Shown here in pieces: positions 1 to 13,858 of a DNA stretch of 64,000 bases. The stretch's first letter is position 1. Each line of letters opens with the position of its first letter. The translations under genes and the position numbers were made by a program. The notes beneath the pieces were generated by a model. The model was not told the origin of the DNA and searched no databases. It saw only the letters and a program-made list of their open reading frames with translations. The DNA comes from Octopus sinensis (Eukaryota), in NCBI RefSeq assembly GCF_006345805.1, contig NC_043006.1:85126001-85190000 (forward strand), in the 5' to 3' direction.

Positions 1-525
1 TTTTCCACTTATGATAACATGTGAAGGTTGAATTATATGTACAATTCATGAAGCAAGCTTCCACACAGTTTCCATCTATTCAGCTTTGCTCACAAGTCTT
101 AGTTCAATCAGAAAATATGGCAAAAAGGCCCAAGATGCCACAAAGTGAGATTAAACCTGGAACTTAATTATTGCAGCCATGCTTGCATCTATGCATCTAG
201 AACTATTCATTATCTAAACCACATGACCTAATGTTCCTTTCATCATTTTAGAAATATAAAGGAGATTTGGTTGCTATTTCTAGCTGAGTGAGTGAGGATA
301 TAGATCCCCATCCCCACTGGCTCACATTTTTTATCTTGTTTTGGTCATTAGCCTTTGGCCATGCTGGAGCACTGCCTTGAAGAATTTTTAGTCAAATGAA
401 TCCAGTACTTTTTTTTTAATACTGCTGCTTATTCTATCAGTCTCTTTTGCTAAACTGCTATGGTATGTGAATGTAAACACACCGACACCAGTTAAGTGGT
501 GGTGGGAGACACAAAGACACACATG

Positions 526-591
<66 letters not shown>

Positions 592-3500
592 ACACACAGT
601 GAGCTTCTTTCTGTTTCCATCTACCAAATCCACTCACAAGGGTTTGGTCAGCCCAAGGCTATAGTAGAAGACACTTGCCCAAGGTTCCACACAGTGGGAC
701 TGAACACAGAACCATGTGGTTGGGAAGCAAGCTTCTTACCACACAACTACTTGTTTTAGAATAGATGTTTGAATGGTGAATATATCATTATCATCATTAT
801 GATGTTCATTTTCATTCTATGCTTGCATGCGGCAGACAGAATTCATTGAGACAAGTTCTCTATGGCTGGATGCCCTTTCTCTTGTCAACTCGTACCGGTT
901 TCCAAGCAAGGTACTATTTCCTCTCAATTGAACGTGTTTTTTTCACAGAAGATTGGAAATGAATAACAAGGACAGGGATGCATGGATCAGCATGCACACA
1001 CGCATCATCATCATCATTTTTTAACGTCTGTTTTCCATACTGACATGGATTAGATGGTTTGACAGGAGCTGGTGTGGTCAGGGGCCACACCAGGCTCTAT
1101 CATCTGTTCTGGCATGATTTCTACAGCTGGATGCCCTTCCTAAAGCCAACCACTTTCTAAGTGTCCTGGATACTTTTTACGTGGAGCCTTCCATCTCCTT
1201 GTGTTTCGTCATTGTCAATAACATTTCTGACTCACTGTCCCTGGCCTCTTAGATTACTATTCAGTCATGTAGCAGATCTGTATTGCTTGAAACGTAGACA
1301 TAGGTGGCAGCTGTTGTAACTTACTGCGCACTTCCAGCTGGTTAGATCAGCTCATGTCATTGATCTTCCATTGCTTTAGCACTTTCAGTAGAGGAAATCT
1401 CAAATGAGGTCACCATAAAGAGACATCTAAACATCACTGGATAATAAACGCATGTACAACACGAATACAACTTTTTTTCTTTTTTTTCTTCTTCTTTATT
1501 GCCCACAAGGGAACAAACAAGGACAGACAAAGGAATTAAGTCGATTACATTGGCCCCAGTGCGTAACTAGTACTTAATTTATTGACCCCGAGAGGATGAA
1601 AGGCAAAGTCGACCTTGGCGGAATTTGACTCAGAACGTAATGGCAGACGAAATACCTATTTCTTTACTACCCACAAGGGGCTAAACACAGAGAGGACAAA
1701 CAAGGATAGACAAACGGATTAAGTCGATTATATCGACCCCAGTGCGTAACTGGTACTTATTTAATCGACCCCGAAAGGATGAAAGGCAAAGTCGACCTCG
1801 GCAGAATTTGAACTCAGAACATAACGGCAGACAAAATACTGCTTAGCATTTCACCCGGTGCGCTAATGTTTCTGCCAGCTTGCCACCTTTCTGAGTCTCT
1901 AGCATCAGTACCTTAGTGAAAGGAAAATAATCAGTAATAATGTGAAACCATAGGTTTTTACTTTGCACATTTCCATGTATCAAATCCACTCAAGGCTTTG
2001 GTCGACCTGAGGCTGTTGTAGAAGACACTTGCCCTAGATGCCATACAGTAGAATTGAACCTGAAACCTCATGGTCGTGAAGCAAGTTTCTTAACCATGCA
2101 GCCAATATGTGTGTCTGTATGCATACATGCATAATAGACTGGATTCATATGAATTAGAGTAAAATTAGTTAGTTTGGGTGTGAGAAGATAATTGAATGAC
2201 TAAATTGTTTGCACAGGCTGGTGCTGACATAGTCAGTGTAGGGAGCATTAAAACTTTACCCAGACATAAACATACAGTGAGCAAATACGAAAACAAAACA
2301 AAAGAAATTATATAAGTCAATGACTAACGTTATTGTTTTCATTTACCGTCAAGTACAAGAGACGATTCAGAACCAAAAGAATCTAAACCTGTTTTGGTCT
2401 TATTCAGAAACTTCTAAAAGTTACGAATATTTCCGAAATTAATTAAAATGAAGTCTGGTTGCTGTTGATGATGTAATTCAAACCTAATTAACTTACATTT
2501 TCATGGAAGTTAATTAGTAAGTTAATAGACTGCAGTTAACAGAATCCAGTTGGGGGGCATATGTGATAATAGCGTTAATTATAATTTGCTATGTAATAAT
2601 TATAATTATCATTTTTGAAGGTGATGATGAATTTCAAAACCTACTTGGGTCAGACGAAGTTTATTGAGGCAGTATTTTCTTCAGCTTGATACCCATCCTA
2701 TCACCAAGCTAAATAATATTTTCCTATGGTCGGACATATGTTCATGGAAAATTGGAAATAAATGGTACCATGTGTACAACAGTGACACACACACACACAT
2801 ATATATATGAAAGAGCACAGACATGGAGCTGTGTGGTATGTAGCAGTTTGCTTCCCAGCCATATGCTCTCAGGTTCAGTACTGTGTTGCACCTCAGGCAA
2901 GTGTCTTCTACTATAGCCCTGGGCTGGTCAGAACTTTGTGACTGGATTTGGCAACCAGAAATTGAAAGAAGCCCATTGTGTGCATATATGTATATGTGTG
3001 TGTGTGTTTATATAGGTGCATGAGTGGCTGTGTGGTAAGTAGCTTGTTTACTAACCACATGGTTCCGGGTTCAGTCCCACTGCGTGGCACCTTGGGCAAG
3101 TGTCTTCAGACGGAAACTGAAAGAAGCCTGTTGTATATATGTATATATATATGCGTGTGTGTGTTTGTGTGTCTGTGTTTGTCCCTCTAGCATTGCTTGA
3201 CAACCAATGCTGGTGTGTTTATGTCCCTGTTACTTAGCGGTTCGGCAAAAGAGACCGATAGAATAAGTACTGGGCTTACAAAAGAATAAGTCCCAGGGTT
3301 GAGTTGCTCAATTAAAGGCGTTGCTCCAGCATGGCCGCAGTCATATGACTGAAACAAGTAAAAGAGTAAAGAGAAAAGAGTATATATCTATGTGTGTGTT
3401 TGTGTTTGTCCCCCATCACCACTTGACTGGTGTTAGTGTGTTTACATCCCCATAACTTAGCAGTTCAGCAAAATAAACTGGTAGAATAAATACTAGGCTT

Positions 3501-4681
3501 CAAAAATAGGTCCTGGGAGGGGTTGACTCATTCACCTAAAAGCCCTTCAAGGTGGTGCTCCAGCATGGCCATAGTCAAATGTTACTGTTTCCTTGACTTC
3601 ACTTCATGTGATAATTGTAAACGAATGCCACCATCATGTAGGACAAAATGCTTAGCAGCGTTTCTTCTGTCTTTGTGTTCCGTATTCAAATCCCACCAAG
3701 GTCGACTTTGCCTTTCATCCTTTCAGGGTTGATGAAACAAGTATCAGTTGAGCACTGGGGCCGATGTAATTGACAAGCACCCCTCCCACAAAATTTCAGG
3801 CCTTGTGCCTATTGTAGAAAGTATTGTTGTTGTCATTATTATTATTATTAGTAGTAGTAGTAGTAGCAGCAGCAGCCATTCAAGAATTTGAACCTGGAGA
3901 TCTCCATTTCCAGCAACTTTGAGGGCCACCTCCCAGTGGTGTCGGGTGTCAACGAAGAGCCCTCGACTACAACAAGACAACCAAAGTTTTTTTTTCCAAG
4001 GTCTGGGGTCTCCCGCCCCTAAGCCCTAGACCATCACCTAATCACCCTTACCCGTCTTGTTGCTTAACAACAACAACAACAACAACAACAGCAGCAGCAG
4101 CAATTGTAGTAAAACAAAAGCAGTTACTATGAGAGTGGATGAGTGGGTAGGCAGGTGTTTTGGTTCTATTGTGACATATCAACCAATTGTCATGTAAACA
4201 GTGAGACACATGGTAAATAGTTGTTTTGTTTCTAGACACTGTTTGGTCTTTGTATTACTTTTATTTCCCTCTCTAATTGCATGCAACACTGTTTGTACCG
4301 ATCTTTGTTGACCTTTTTAAAAGTGTCACCACACACCAAACTGCATCAGCCACCCACCCTCCAAAGGATTTGAAAGTAAATTCATTGGTGGCAGCAGCTA
4401 TCCCTTGTTTCTGAGTATTTTGAATATTTCGTTACTTCAGTGAAATTGTTTCTCATTCCCTGTCAGTAAATTATCTGCTAGCTTTGCGCTTTTGAAGACA
4501 CATGGAATAAAAAACAACCAACCATTCATCTATCCATTCATTAATCTCTGCCTACTATTCCTGGAGGCTCACAGGAATAGAGTCCTCGGGTACTTCCTCT
4601 GTGGGGTCCTATTAGAAGGAACCATTATTCTGTTAAATGTAATGCTTATTTATTCACATTGTTCTGAATTTTTATCATACA

Positions 4682-5049
4682 CTAGCACTATGACCCGGCA
4701 ATGCTGGGTCATAGTGCTAGTGCATGCATATACAGCTGTGTGTGCGCACATACACGCGAATACTTTCCAAATCTCCGACCAATCACATACATCTAGCTGG
4801 CATTCAATTGGCATATCAAGTTTGGGGCATTTTGATTGGGTTTTGGATAGAAAATTCACAAAAAAGTCACTTCTATTGATTTTTTTTAATGGCTTTGCGG
4901 GGTGACTGGGGAAATGTAAAGATGTGCACAACCACCCTTAGATGGTTTTGAATGACCATAGAAAGTGCGAGCCCTCTAACTGAAAAATTGTGGATTTGTA
5001 TAAAGGACACACACAGAGACAGACATTTTGCCGTTTACATATAGAGAGA
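4682..5049 (-). mobile_element. Non-autonomous Helitron inserted in an older MITE
   Basis: Minus strand begins A|TC (5049) and ends hairpin GACCCAGCATTGCCGGGTC-ATAGTG-CTAG|T (4682). Removing it rejoins a MITE-like host sequence at an AT site. Confidence 0.75.
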
Positions 5050-6071
5050 TTAATTTGTAACTTTGAAATATTATTGATGTGAATGTTTACTTTTAGTATG
5101 ACATTGTAGGGTGGGTGTAAGAGGCTGGATCTTGACAGTTTGAACATAAAACTGGTAGACTATTTTGGGTTGGATATGGCCAGTTTAAATGCCAATGGGT
5201 TAATAGTTCGTTTTCTTCTGGACCCACTTTGGGGACCCAGGACATGCATTCTTTGTGTTCCCATGCCATTCCTCCTAGAATAAGTTGCAGGCTCATTGCT
5301 GGTTGTACTGGCATTGGGTAGAGATGGAAACTGCAATATTTTTTCAAATGGATCCCTCTCTCTAAGATCTACCTTAGTAACATGTGCAATGGATGATACA
5401 GTATGGTTATTCCTTTAAACCCTTTCCATATTGCAGATTTTGGTGTTGTTCATGCACAGCACCAAGCTGGCATTTGTATTTAACCTGTGAAATAAACCAA
5501 CAAAATAAAACAACCTTACTTGAAAACAGGTAAAGGTTAGTATCAGGAAAGGCATCCAGCCAGCTATAAAATGATACTTAAATAATATGTATTTATATAA
5601 CCCTAGCAAGCATGGAAAAAGGAGTGTTAAGATGAATGAACAAACTAACAATGGCAATCCTTCCATGCTCCTATCTCGTGAGAAACACAGGATTAATTGC
5701 ACTCAGTACTTGACTGATATCTATTTTATCAGCTCCTGGAAGTTAACATGGTTTCAGGTTGTGTCCCATTGCTTTGCACTTTGGACAAGTGTCTTCTACT
5801 ATAGCCCCAGGTTGACAAAGCCAGGTGAGTGGATTTAGTAGATACTGAAAGAATGTGTATGTGTGTGTGTGTGTGTGTGTGTATGAATAGAGGGATTGAA
5901 ATAGGTGTCTTGCAGCAAAGGAGATACATGGCTACCTCAGCTGCAAATCACATGATTTCATAATTAGTGCAGAAATGCACTTTTTAATCTTCAGTGCAAG
6001 CATAATTCAAGTTTTGACTTTAAGAGCCTTCTTAGCATGTGGCATTTATGTATAGTAATGCCCTCTATATA

Positions 6072-6105
<34 letters not shown>

Positions 6106-7428
6106 TTATCCATAACAAATCTTATTTATCATTAACACATCTTAGATTTTTTTATTTGACTTTTCTTCACTTTGATTAAATTTTCTTGTTCTGCCTTTAA
6201 AGTTAATTAGCCTTATCTCTATCCTGTTTGTTTGCTTTTGAAAAGCTGTCTCCTGAAAGAACAGTAACAACAACCATAACAACTACAATAACAACAATTG
6301 CTGTCACATGCAAAAGCAAAAAATAAATTAAAAAAATCATCCATGTGATACCAGTTTCTTCATGTTCTTATTCTCTTTGCTCACTAATTCATTCCTCATT
6401 CATCGTCGCTGACACAACACAAGTGATGTTCAACATCTGTAGCTTTTGTTTTTTCACAAGGTTACATACATATATATATATACATGTATAGTTTTTCTTT
6501 CTGTAATTTTTTTTCTGGCTTTAAATAGAAACAGGGGCTTGCATTTGTGGTGGTGGTGATGGTGCATGAATCTTGTTGCCGGAGGGGATTCTTGGATTTC
6601 CTAGGTTAAATTCATTAAAGCTTTCATTATCTTTAAATTAATTGAAGATTGTAAAGAAGCGTCTAGAAGTGTAATCTCTGTATTGTTTTTGTTTCTGTCT
6701 TTCTCTTTCTGTCCTGCTTTACCATCTCTCTCTCCTGTATCACTGCAATGTCAAAGATCCATAATGTAGGTCCTCTGTGTAGTTGCTCATTCTGCTAGGA
6801 AGAGCAGCTAAACTCCCTTCAGATCACACTTTACAGTCTTTAAAAAAGAATGAACAGAAATAGTAGATAAATGTCAGGTACATTGTTTCAATAAAACACA
6901 GAATTATCGCAGCCGGAATGCTTTTGATCAAGGTTCTGCTTGATCAAGACTAACGAAACAACTGCATGTCTGTCTGTCTGTGTGTATATACTCAATCACA
7001 CACACACACACAGATTCTAAATAGAACTAATATTTTCATTCAGATTTTTCCCTCCTCTTTCTGTCTCTCTCTCTCTCTGGTTTCTAGATCTTTTCCCCCT
7101 CTCACATATATCAATGGGGTTTTTTTTTATTAATTTGATCTTCATCTCTACATCCTACACCTCTTGCTCTCCTCCTTTCCTCCCTATTTCTCTCTCTCTC
7201 TCTCTCTCCACAGTTACCTCCCCTATTTCTCAGAATACTTACTCTCTTCCCTCTCTCTGTTACACCATTTATTTCCTCCACCACCCCTTCTTTTCTACAT
7301 CTTCTCTACCCGCACCTCACTCTTTTTTATTTGTCAGAGTTTCCTCTCTCTCTCCCCAATCATTCTATTTCTTACATTTTTACACATTTTCACATGTCAG
7401 TACTTCCACTAAAACTGTCTTCACCACC

Positions 7429-7472
<44 letters not shown>

Positions 7473-9077
7473 AACACCAGATTTTGGCACCACCACTGTC
7501 TTTAATGTACATGTCCTAAACCTTATCAACATCACCACCACAAACCTTCCCCCTCTCCACCCCTTGTTCTTCTTATATATCTTTAAATCTTAAACAGACA
7601 ACTGCTCTAACCACAACCATCACCACTTTTCTATGCCACCACTTGTACCACCACCTCCACCATCACCAGTATTACCAACAGAACCACTACCACCATCTCT
7701 GTTATATTTCATAGACTTTCTACACATCTCTACCACCAACACCATCACTTTCTTCTTCAGTCAGGTTTTTTCAAGTGACATTTTACTGTGATGCGTTTAA
7801 AGTACAACTTCGAGTTAGGAAAGAATGATGATGATGATAGGTTCTCTCGTCAAAGATGACGTATAAGCATTCAGCTTTTGTCGAATGACCTGCACAGATA
7901 ATTTGTTAATAGTGATCAAATGTATGCGCCGCATATTAGCTCACTCTCTCCATCAAATGAACGTTGTCTGAACACGTTTGCAGAGCAATGCGAGAGGAAG
8001 TGTTTTGCTCAAAGATTTGAATGTAAAGATGGGCAGAATGCCACTAAGCATTTTGCCCAACATGCTAACGATTCTGCCAGCTCACTGCCTTAATAATAAT
8101 CATCATCGTTTAACATCCGGTTTCCATGCTAGCATGGGTTGGACGGTTCAACTGGGGTCTAGGAAGCCAGGGGTCTGCACCAGGCCCAGTCTGATCTAGC
8201 AGTGTTTCTACAGCTGGATGCCCTTCCTAACGCCAACCACTCTGTGAGTGTAGTGGGTGCTTTTACGTGTCACTGGCACAGGTGCCAGGTCAGACTGGCA
8301 ACGGCCACGATCGGTTGGTGCTTTTTATGTACCACCGGCACGGCGTGCCTAATAATAATAATAATAATAATGATAATAATAATAGTTACAAATTTGGAAC
8401 AAGGCTCAACTGGTACTTATTTTATTGACCCCCTAAAAGAATGAAAGGCAAAGTTCATCTTGGCTGGATTTGAACTCAGAATGCATAGAGCTGGAAGGAA
8501 TGCTGCTAAGTGTTTTGTCCAACACAGTAATGATCCTGCCTGCTTGCCGTCTTAATAATGATGGTGGTGGTAATAACCAGAAGGCCAGCAATTTCAGGGG
8601 AGGGACTAGGTCAATTATATTGACCCCTGTGCTCAATTGGTACTTATTTTATTGACCCTGAAAGGATGAAAGGCAAAGTTGACTTTGGCTGCATGGCCAA
8701 TACAGTCTATCTTGTTAGAGGCATGACATACTCCAGATTACATCATTTGTGTCTTTTGTTTTTACAGAGATTTGAACTCAGAATGCATAGAGCTGGAAGG
8801 AATGCTGCTAAGTGTTTTGTCCAACACAGTAATGATCCTGCTTGCTATTACTAACAAATCAAATGACCACTATCTGGCCCTTGAATGCCTTTGGCAGCAT
8901 CCACTCCATCCATCTCTTCTGACTTTGTTTTGAGTTTGAATTCTGCTAAAGTTGACTTTGCCTTTCATCCTTTTGGCTGGTCAATAAAATAAGTACAAGC
9001 TGAGCTTCTGAGGCCAATGTAACTGTCTATCCCCACCTCTCCCAAAATTTCAAGCCCTTGAGCCTATGCAAGAAAGG

Positions 9078-9113
<36 letters not shown>

Positions 9114-10025
9114 TTAGTGAAGGAGAGAACAGTGTGTGACATTGGGGTAAAATATACAAAGCCCAGTATACCCTTCATGACTACCCATCTGATAAAGGTA
9201 CACCAGGCACATGCATCACAATCATATGTGTGTGACCTAGTGATCTCATATCAAGATAGACAGTGCATGACCTTGCAGGTGAGGCCCAGTTAGAGTTTTT
9301 CTTCAGGTCGAGCAGCCCATCCTGCTCAAAAGGTTCTTTAATAAGGGTTGTTTAAGGATGTTGAATGAAATGCCCATATTTCCAGAGGTGAATTATCCAA
9401 ACCCCAAAGAATTCCTCTCAACACATGGCTATGATGCTCTCCCACTACTTCTGCTTGTGACGGGGATGCACATATTGTCAGCCACTAAGGGACATGCTTA
9501 AGTGGTTAAACAACTGACAAGCAAATCTGTGGTATTGAGCAGAATATTTGGTGTTGCCCATCGTTTGTACCATGATAAAATATGTACATGATAACACTTC
9601 CAATCAGTTAAGATCAGAAGCCATGAGAGCCACTGCCTGGTACTGCATCAGGTATTATCATTATTATTATTAATAATAATAATGTGGCAAGCTAACAGAA
9701 TTATTAGGACATCAGCTCTTTATGCTTTGAAGGGAATCTTGTAGTCGGCTGCTCTTGATGCCATGCAGCGTGGCTAAACCCAAAAGCACATGGTTGCAAA
9801 GCAGACCTTAACCACCCAGTTTTGCATGCATTTATGTTTGTCTTAATAAACTCTGTCTAACTCATGCAAGTATGAATGGAAATTTGGTGTTAAAACAGTG
9901 TGTGTGTGTGTGTGTGTGTGTGCACACGCACATGTGTGAGATAAAATTCTTGGGTTTTGTCAGTAAACCTTCTGATATCAACTGATATCAACTTGCCTAA
10001 CACCAATACAAACTTCCTCTTTTAA

Positions 10026-10246
10026 CCCTTTTGTTACTGTATTTCTGTTGAGATGCTCTGTGTTTCTTTCAATTACGTTAAATATAACAAAGAATTTAGT
10101 AAAATAACTTAGTTATCATTAAACTAGTGTTGGGAACATAAATTGTGACTATGGTTTGGTGGAAGATTTTAATTCAAAACTTATGGAAACAAGACATTTG
10201 TACTACAGGGCCAGAGCTGGTTTTGGCCGGGTTGGTAACGAAAGGG
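10026..10246 (+). mobile_element. piggyBac-type MITE (~220 bp, young family)
   Basis: TTAA|CCCTTTTGTTAC ... GTAACGAAAGGG|TTAA. Confidence 0.85.
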
Positions 10247-10831
10247 TTAAAGTGATTTAAATTCAAGCCTCTCATTAAAAATTTCATGTTAATTTATGTT
10301 CCAAATGCTAGCTTAATAATGACAAAGTTATTTTAATAAATTCTTTGTTATTTTTCAAAATTAATTGAAACCAGGGTTGTGGATAATAAAAGAAATATGG
10401 TAATGAAAGGGTGCTGGTGCCACACAGAAAGTACCCAGTACACTCTGTAAAGTTAGTGGTACTAGGAAGGGCATCCAACTGTAGAAACCATGCCAAAACA
10501 GACAATGGAACCTGGTATGGCTCCCAGCTTTGTCAGCTCCTGTCAAACCATTCCAACCCTTGCCAGCATGGAAAATGGGGGTTAAGTATTGATGATGATA
10601 TAGGCAGAAAGGTATGTGTGTGTGTTTATCATGTACACATATCTACACACATAATGCCAAGTGAATGTATGAATGAGAGAATTCATCCTCATTTTGTCTT
10701 TCAGTAATAAAATTTTCCAAATATGCCATATCTGTAAATTGATTCAAACATCAAACTCTTTATATCACAGGGTTTTTTCTTCTTTTCTTATTTTTGTTGT
10801 TGTTGTTTTTTTTTTCTTTCTTCCCCAACAG

Positions 10832-10864
10832 CAGTGAAAACAAAACTGATATTTGAATTAGCTC
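10832..10864 (+). CDS. Candidate 33-nt (or 30-nt via NAGNAG) cassette microexon in the long upstream intron
   Basis: ~55-nt pyrimidine-rich tract + AACAG|CAG acceptor and GTAAGG donor. Open only in phase 1 (AVKTKLIFELAR), the phase required to join exon 41195. No homology support. Confidence 0.35.
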
Positions 10865-11099
10865 GTAAGGAAAAAGAGTGCTTCTATATAAACACATGAA
10901 TTAATTCTTTGCCTCTTCCATTTTCACATATGGTTGCCTCTATACTGCCATTCTCCTGTTTTCTCTTTATTTCTTCTTTCTAAAGTCTAGTTATTTTTAA
11001 CTAGGTTAACTCAAAAGCTTGTCTGATGCCCTCTTTGAAGTTTACATGGAGATATATATATATATATATTTACACACACACATATATATATATATATAT

Positions 11100-11167
<68 letters not shown>

Positions 11168-11654
11168 TACATTTCACATCTGGTTTTTTCATGCTAATTC
11201 ATTCTCCTAAATTTAAAATATTCAGTGTTTATCAAGCTATTCGTTTTCGACGAAGCAAGTATTCTGCAATGATGGATAGCCTGATATATTAATAATTCAG
11301 CAGTTTACCAGACAAACAAGTTATCTACTTTTGCCGTTTACCATTCAGTTTATTTAGCCCACAAACTGGTGAATACTGCATTTGAATTATCTATGTAATT
11401 TTACAATGTTACAGCTACATGGTGGCTGAGTATTCCAAGCACTTATTGAAGTACATGAACACCCTGACTCTTGTCAACAGTGTTGCTGTCAGCGTTGTGT
11501 GTCTGAGTCTGCGCATAACAATACTATAGTGAATTTGCAATATTGATAAGACAACACTCAGTGGATAATCTCCCTTATCCTAATCCCTGCCAAAATGACA
11601 GTAACCATGCTGGGGCACTGTCTTGGAGGATTTTTAGTTGATTGAGTTGCCCCC

Positions 11655-11906
11655 GGTATTTGGTCTCTGGGTACTTCAGTACTGGGTACTTTGGTACTGG
11701 GTACTTTCTGGGTACTTCAGTACTGGGTACTTCAGTACTGGGTACTTTCTGGGTGCTTTCTGGATACTTTGGTACTAGGTACTTTCTGGGTACTTTGGTA
11801 CTGGGTACTTTCTGTGTACTTTGGTACTGGGTACTTTATGGGTACTTTGGTACCGGGTATTTTCTGGGTACTTTGGTACTGGGTGCTTTCTGGGTACTTT
11901 CTGGGT
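11655..11906. repeat. GGTACT-based minisatellite (11- and 15-nt units)
   Basis: Interspersed GGGTACTTTGGTACT, GGGTACTTCAGTACT and GGGTACTTTCT units. Confidence 0.9.
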
Positions 11907-12557
11907 GGCACCAGCACCCTTATTGGTCTCTGTTTGCTGAACCACTATGTTACAGGGATGTCAACAAACCTGTGCTAGTTGTCCAGCTGCATGGGACAAG
12001 CTCAAACAACATGTATAAACATTCACATATAGATGTATATGTGTGTTAATTTGCTGGATAGAAACTGTTAAAAGGCTTAAAAGGCCCTAATTTGTGTGTG
12101 TGTGTGTGTTTAATTTAGATGAGATCACCTTAAATTTGGCAATTCTCTGACAGAACCAAGCAGAGGCAGTTTTACATGGATTAGTATAACTGACACTCCA
12201 TCAGTTATGGTGACAAGGGTGCAGATCAGTGGAACAGCCCGTTTGTGAAATTTATGTGCAAGTGGCTGAGCGCTCCACAGATGAGTGTATCCTTAACATA
12301 GTTCTCAGGGAGATTCAGTGTGACACAGAGTGTGACAAGGCTTTGAAATACAAGCACAACTCATATTTGCCAGCTGAGTTGACTGGAGCTGTGTGGAATG
12401 AATTATCTTACTCAAAGATACAATACGCTACCAGGAATTGAACACACAACCTTATGGTTATGGGCTGAATACCCTAACCACTAAACCATGCACCTTATAC
12501 TGACCTATGTGGGTTAATATAAAAAGAGGTTATAATGAAAAGTTTCATATAAGCGTA

Positions 12558-12927
12558 GGAGTGGCTGTGTGGTAAGTAGCTTGCTTGGCAACCACATGGT
12601 TCCGGGTTCAGTCCCACTGCGTGGCACCTTGGGCAAGTGTCTTCTACTATAGCCTCAGGCCAACCAAAGCCTTGTGAGTGGATTTGGTAAATGGAAACTG
12701 AAAGAAGCCTGTTGTATATATATGTATGTGTGTCTGTGTTTGTCTCTCCAACTTTGCTTGACAACTGATGCTGATGTGTTTACGTCCCCGTAACTTAGCG
12801 ATTCAGCAAATGAGACCGATAGAATAAGTACTAGGCTTACAAAGAATAAGTCCTGGGGTTGATTTGCTCGACTAAAGGCGGTGCTCCAGCATGGCCACAG
12901 TCAAATGACTGAAACAAGTAAAAGAGT
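12558..12927 (+). mobile_element. tRNA-derived SINE family A (representative; also ~345-745-, 3022-3375+, 15180-15660-, 20920-21620+, 41795-42216-, 49735-50090+, 57130-57285-, 60485-60800-)
   Basis: A-box-like GGCTGTGTGGTAAG, B-box-like GGTTCAGTCCC, then CCTTGGGCAAGTG, an internal microsatellite and a conserved tail ...GACTGAAACAAGTAAAAGAG. Many near-identical copies in the window. Confidence 0.85.
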
Positions 12928-13822
12928 TACATGTATTTTGGTCTGCTCACTTTTAATTTCACTGTGTATTATCCAAATTTGAAGTTGGACAAGTCATTTA
13001 TTCTGTCGCTTTAATTTAGTTATTTTGGAATATTTTTGTAAATTTTTAATTGAAAAATGATGGCTTTCAGTGAAAGTAGTGTGTGTGTTTGTGTGTGTAT
13101 GAATGTGTGACTGTTGATATCCCATTCTTGGCACTGCTCAATTAAAGCAGTGATGATGTTGATATTCCATATTAAAATCATAATTGTCACTCTGCACTTT
13201 CAAAGACATGTGGAAGTTAAAATAAGATCTCTTACTTGAAAACAAGTAAGGGTTGATAACAGGTAGAGCATTCCACCATAAAATCCTACCTCAAATAACT
13301 TTCTCCATCCAGACCCTTGCTAGTATATAGAAAGTGCCTACATATATATTGGTAACTCGTAAAAACCACTTGTGCTGGCATGTAAAACACATCCATGCTG
13401 GTACCACATAAAAGACACCCAGAACACTCTGTAAAGTGGTCGGTGCTAGGAAAGGCATCTAGCTACAGGAACCATGCCAGAACAGGCAACTGAGGTTTTG
13501 GTGCAGCCCTCTCAGTTGCTAGCCCCTGTTAAATCAGCCGTCTTGTTCCAGCATGAAAAGCGAAGTTCAGCGCATCTAAGATTTGAACTCGAAATATAAA
13601 GGGCCAGAACTGACTAAATACTGCAAGACATTTTGTCCGACCCCTTAATGGGTTTGTTGATTTGTTGATCCACCACTTGTGAATTTTGAAATTTATTTTC
13701 ACTTTAGATAACCTGCATGCAATAAGATTCGTAAAATAAACCAGTTCCTAATCTTTGTGGTACAGAATGACATTTATACTAAACAAGAGACTTTCTAGGA
13801 GACTGAGGTCTAAAACTCCATA

Positions 13823-13858
<36 letters not shown>

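Noticed and set aside
11226-11258. Second 33-nt exon candidate (VFIKLFVFDEA in phase 1)
   Set aside because: Weak pyrimidine tract and donor (GTATTC), and all three frames are open, so phase compatibility is uninformative.
11642-12049. Repetitive GYFGT/VLGT ORFs resembling a structural protein
   Set aside because: Translation of a minisatellite inside a SINE; no splice or start context.
12558-12640. tRNA-like A/B boxes as tRNA genes
   Set aside because: They are SINE heads without a complete cloverleaf; no true tRNA, rRNA or snRNA gene was recognised.
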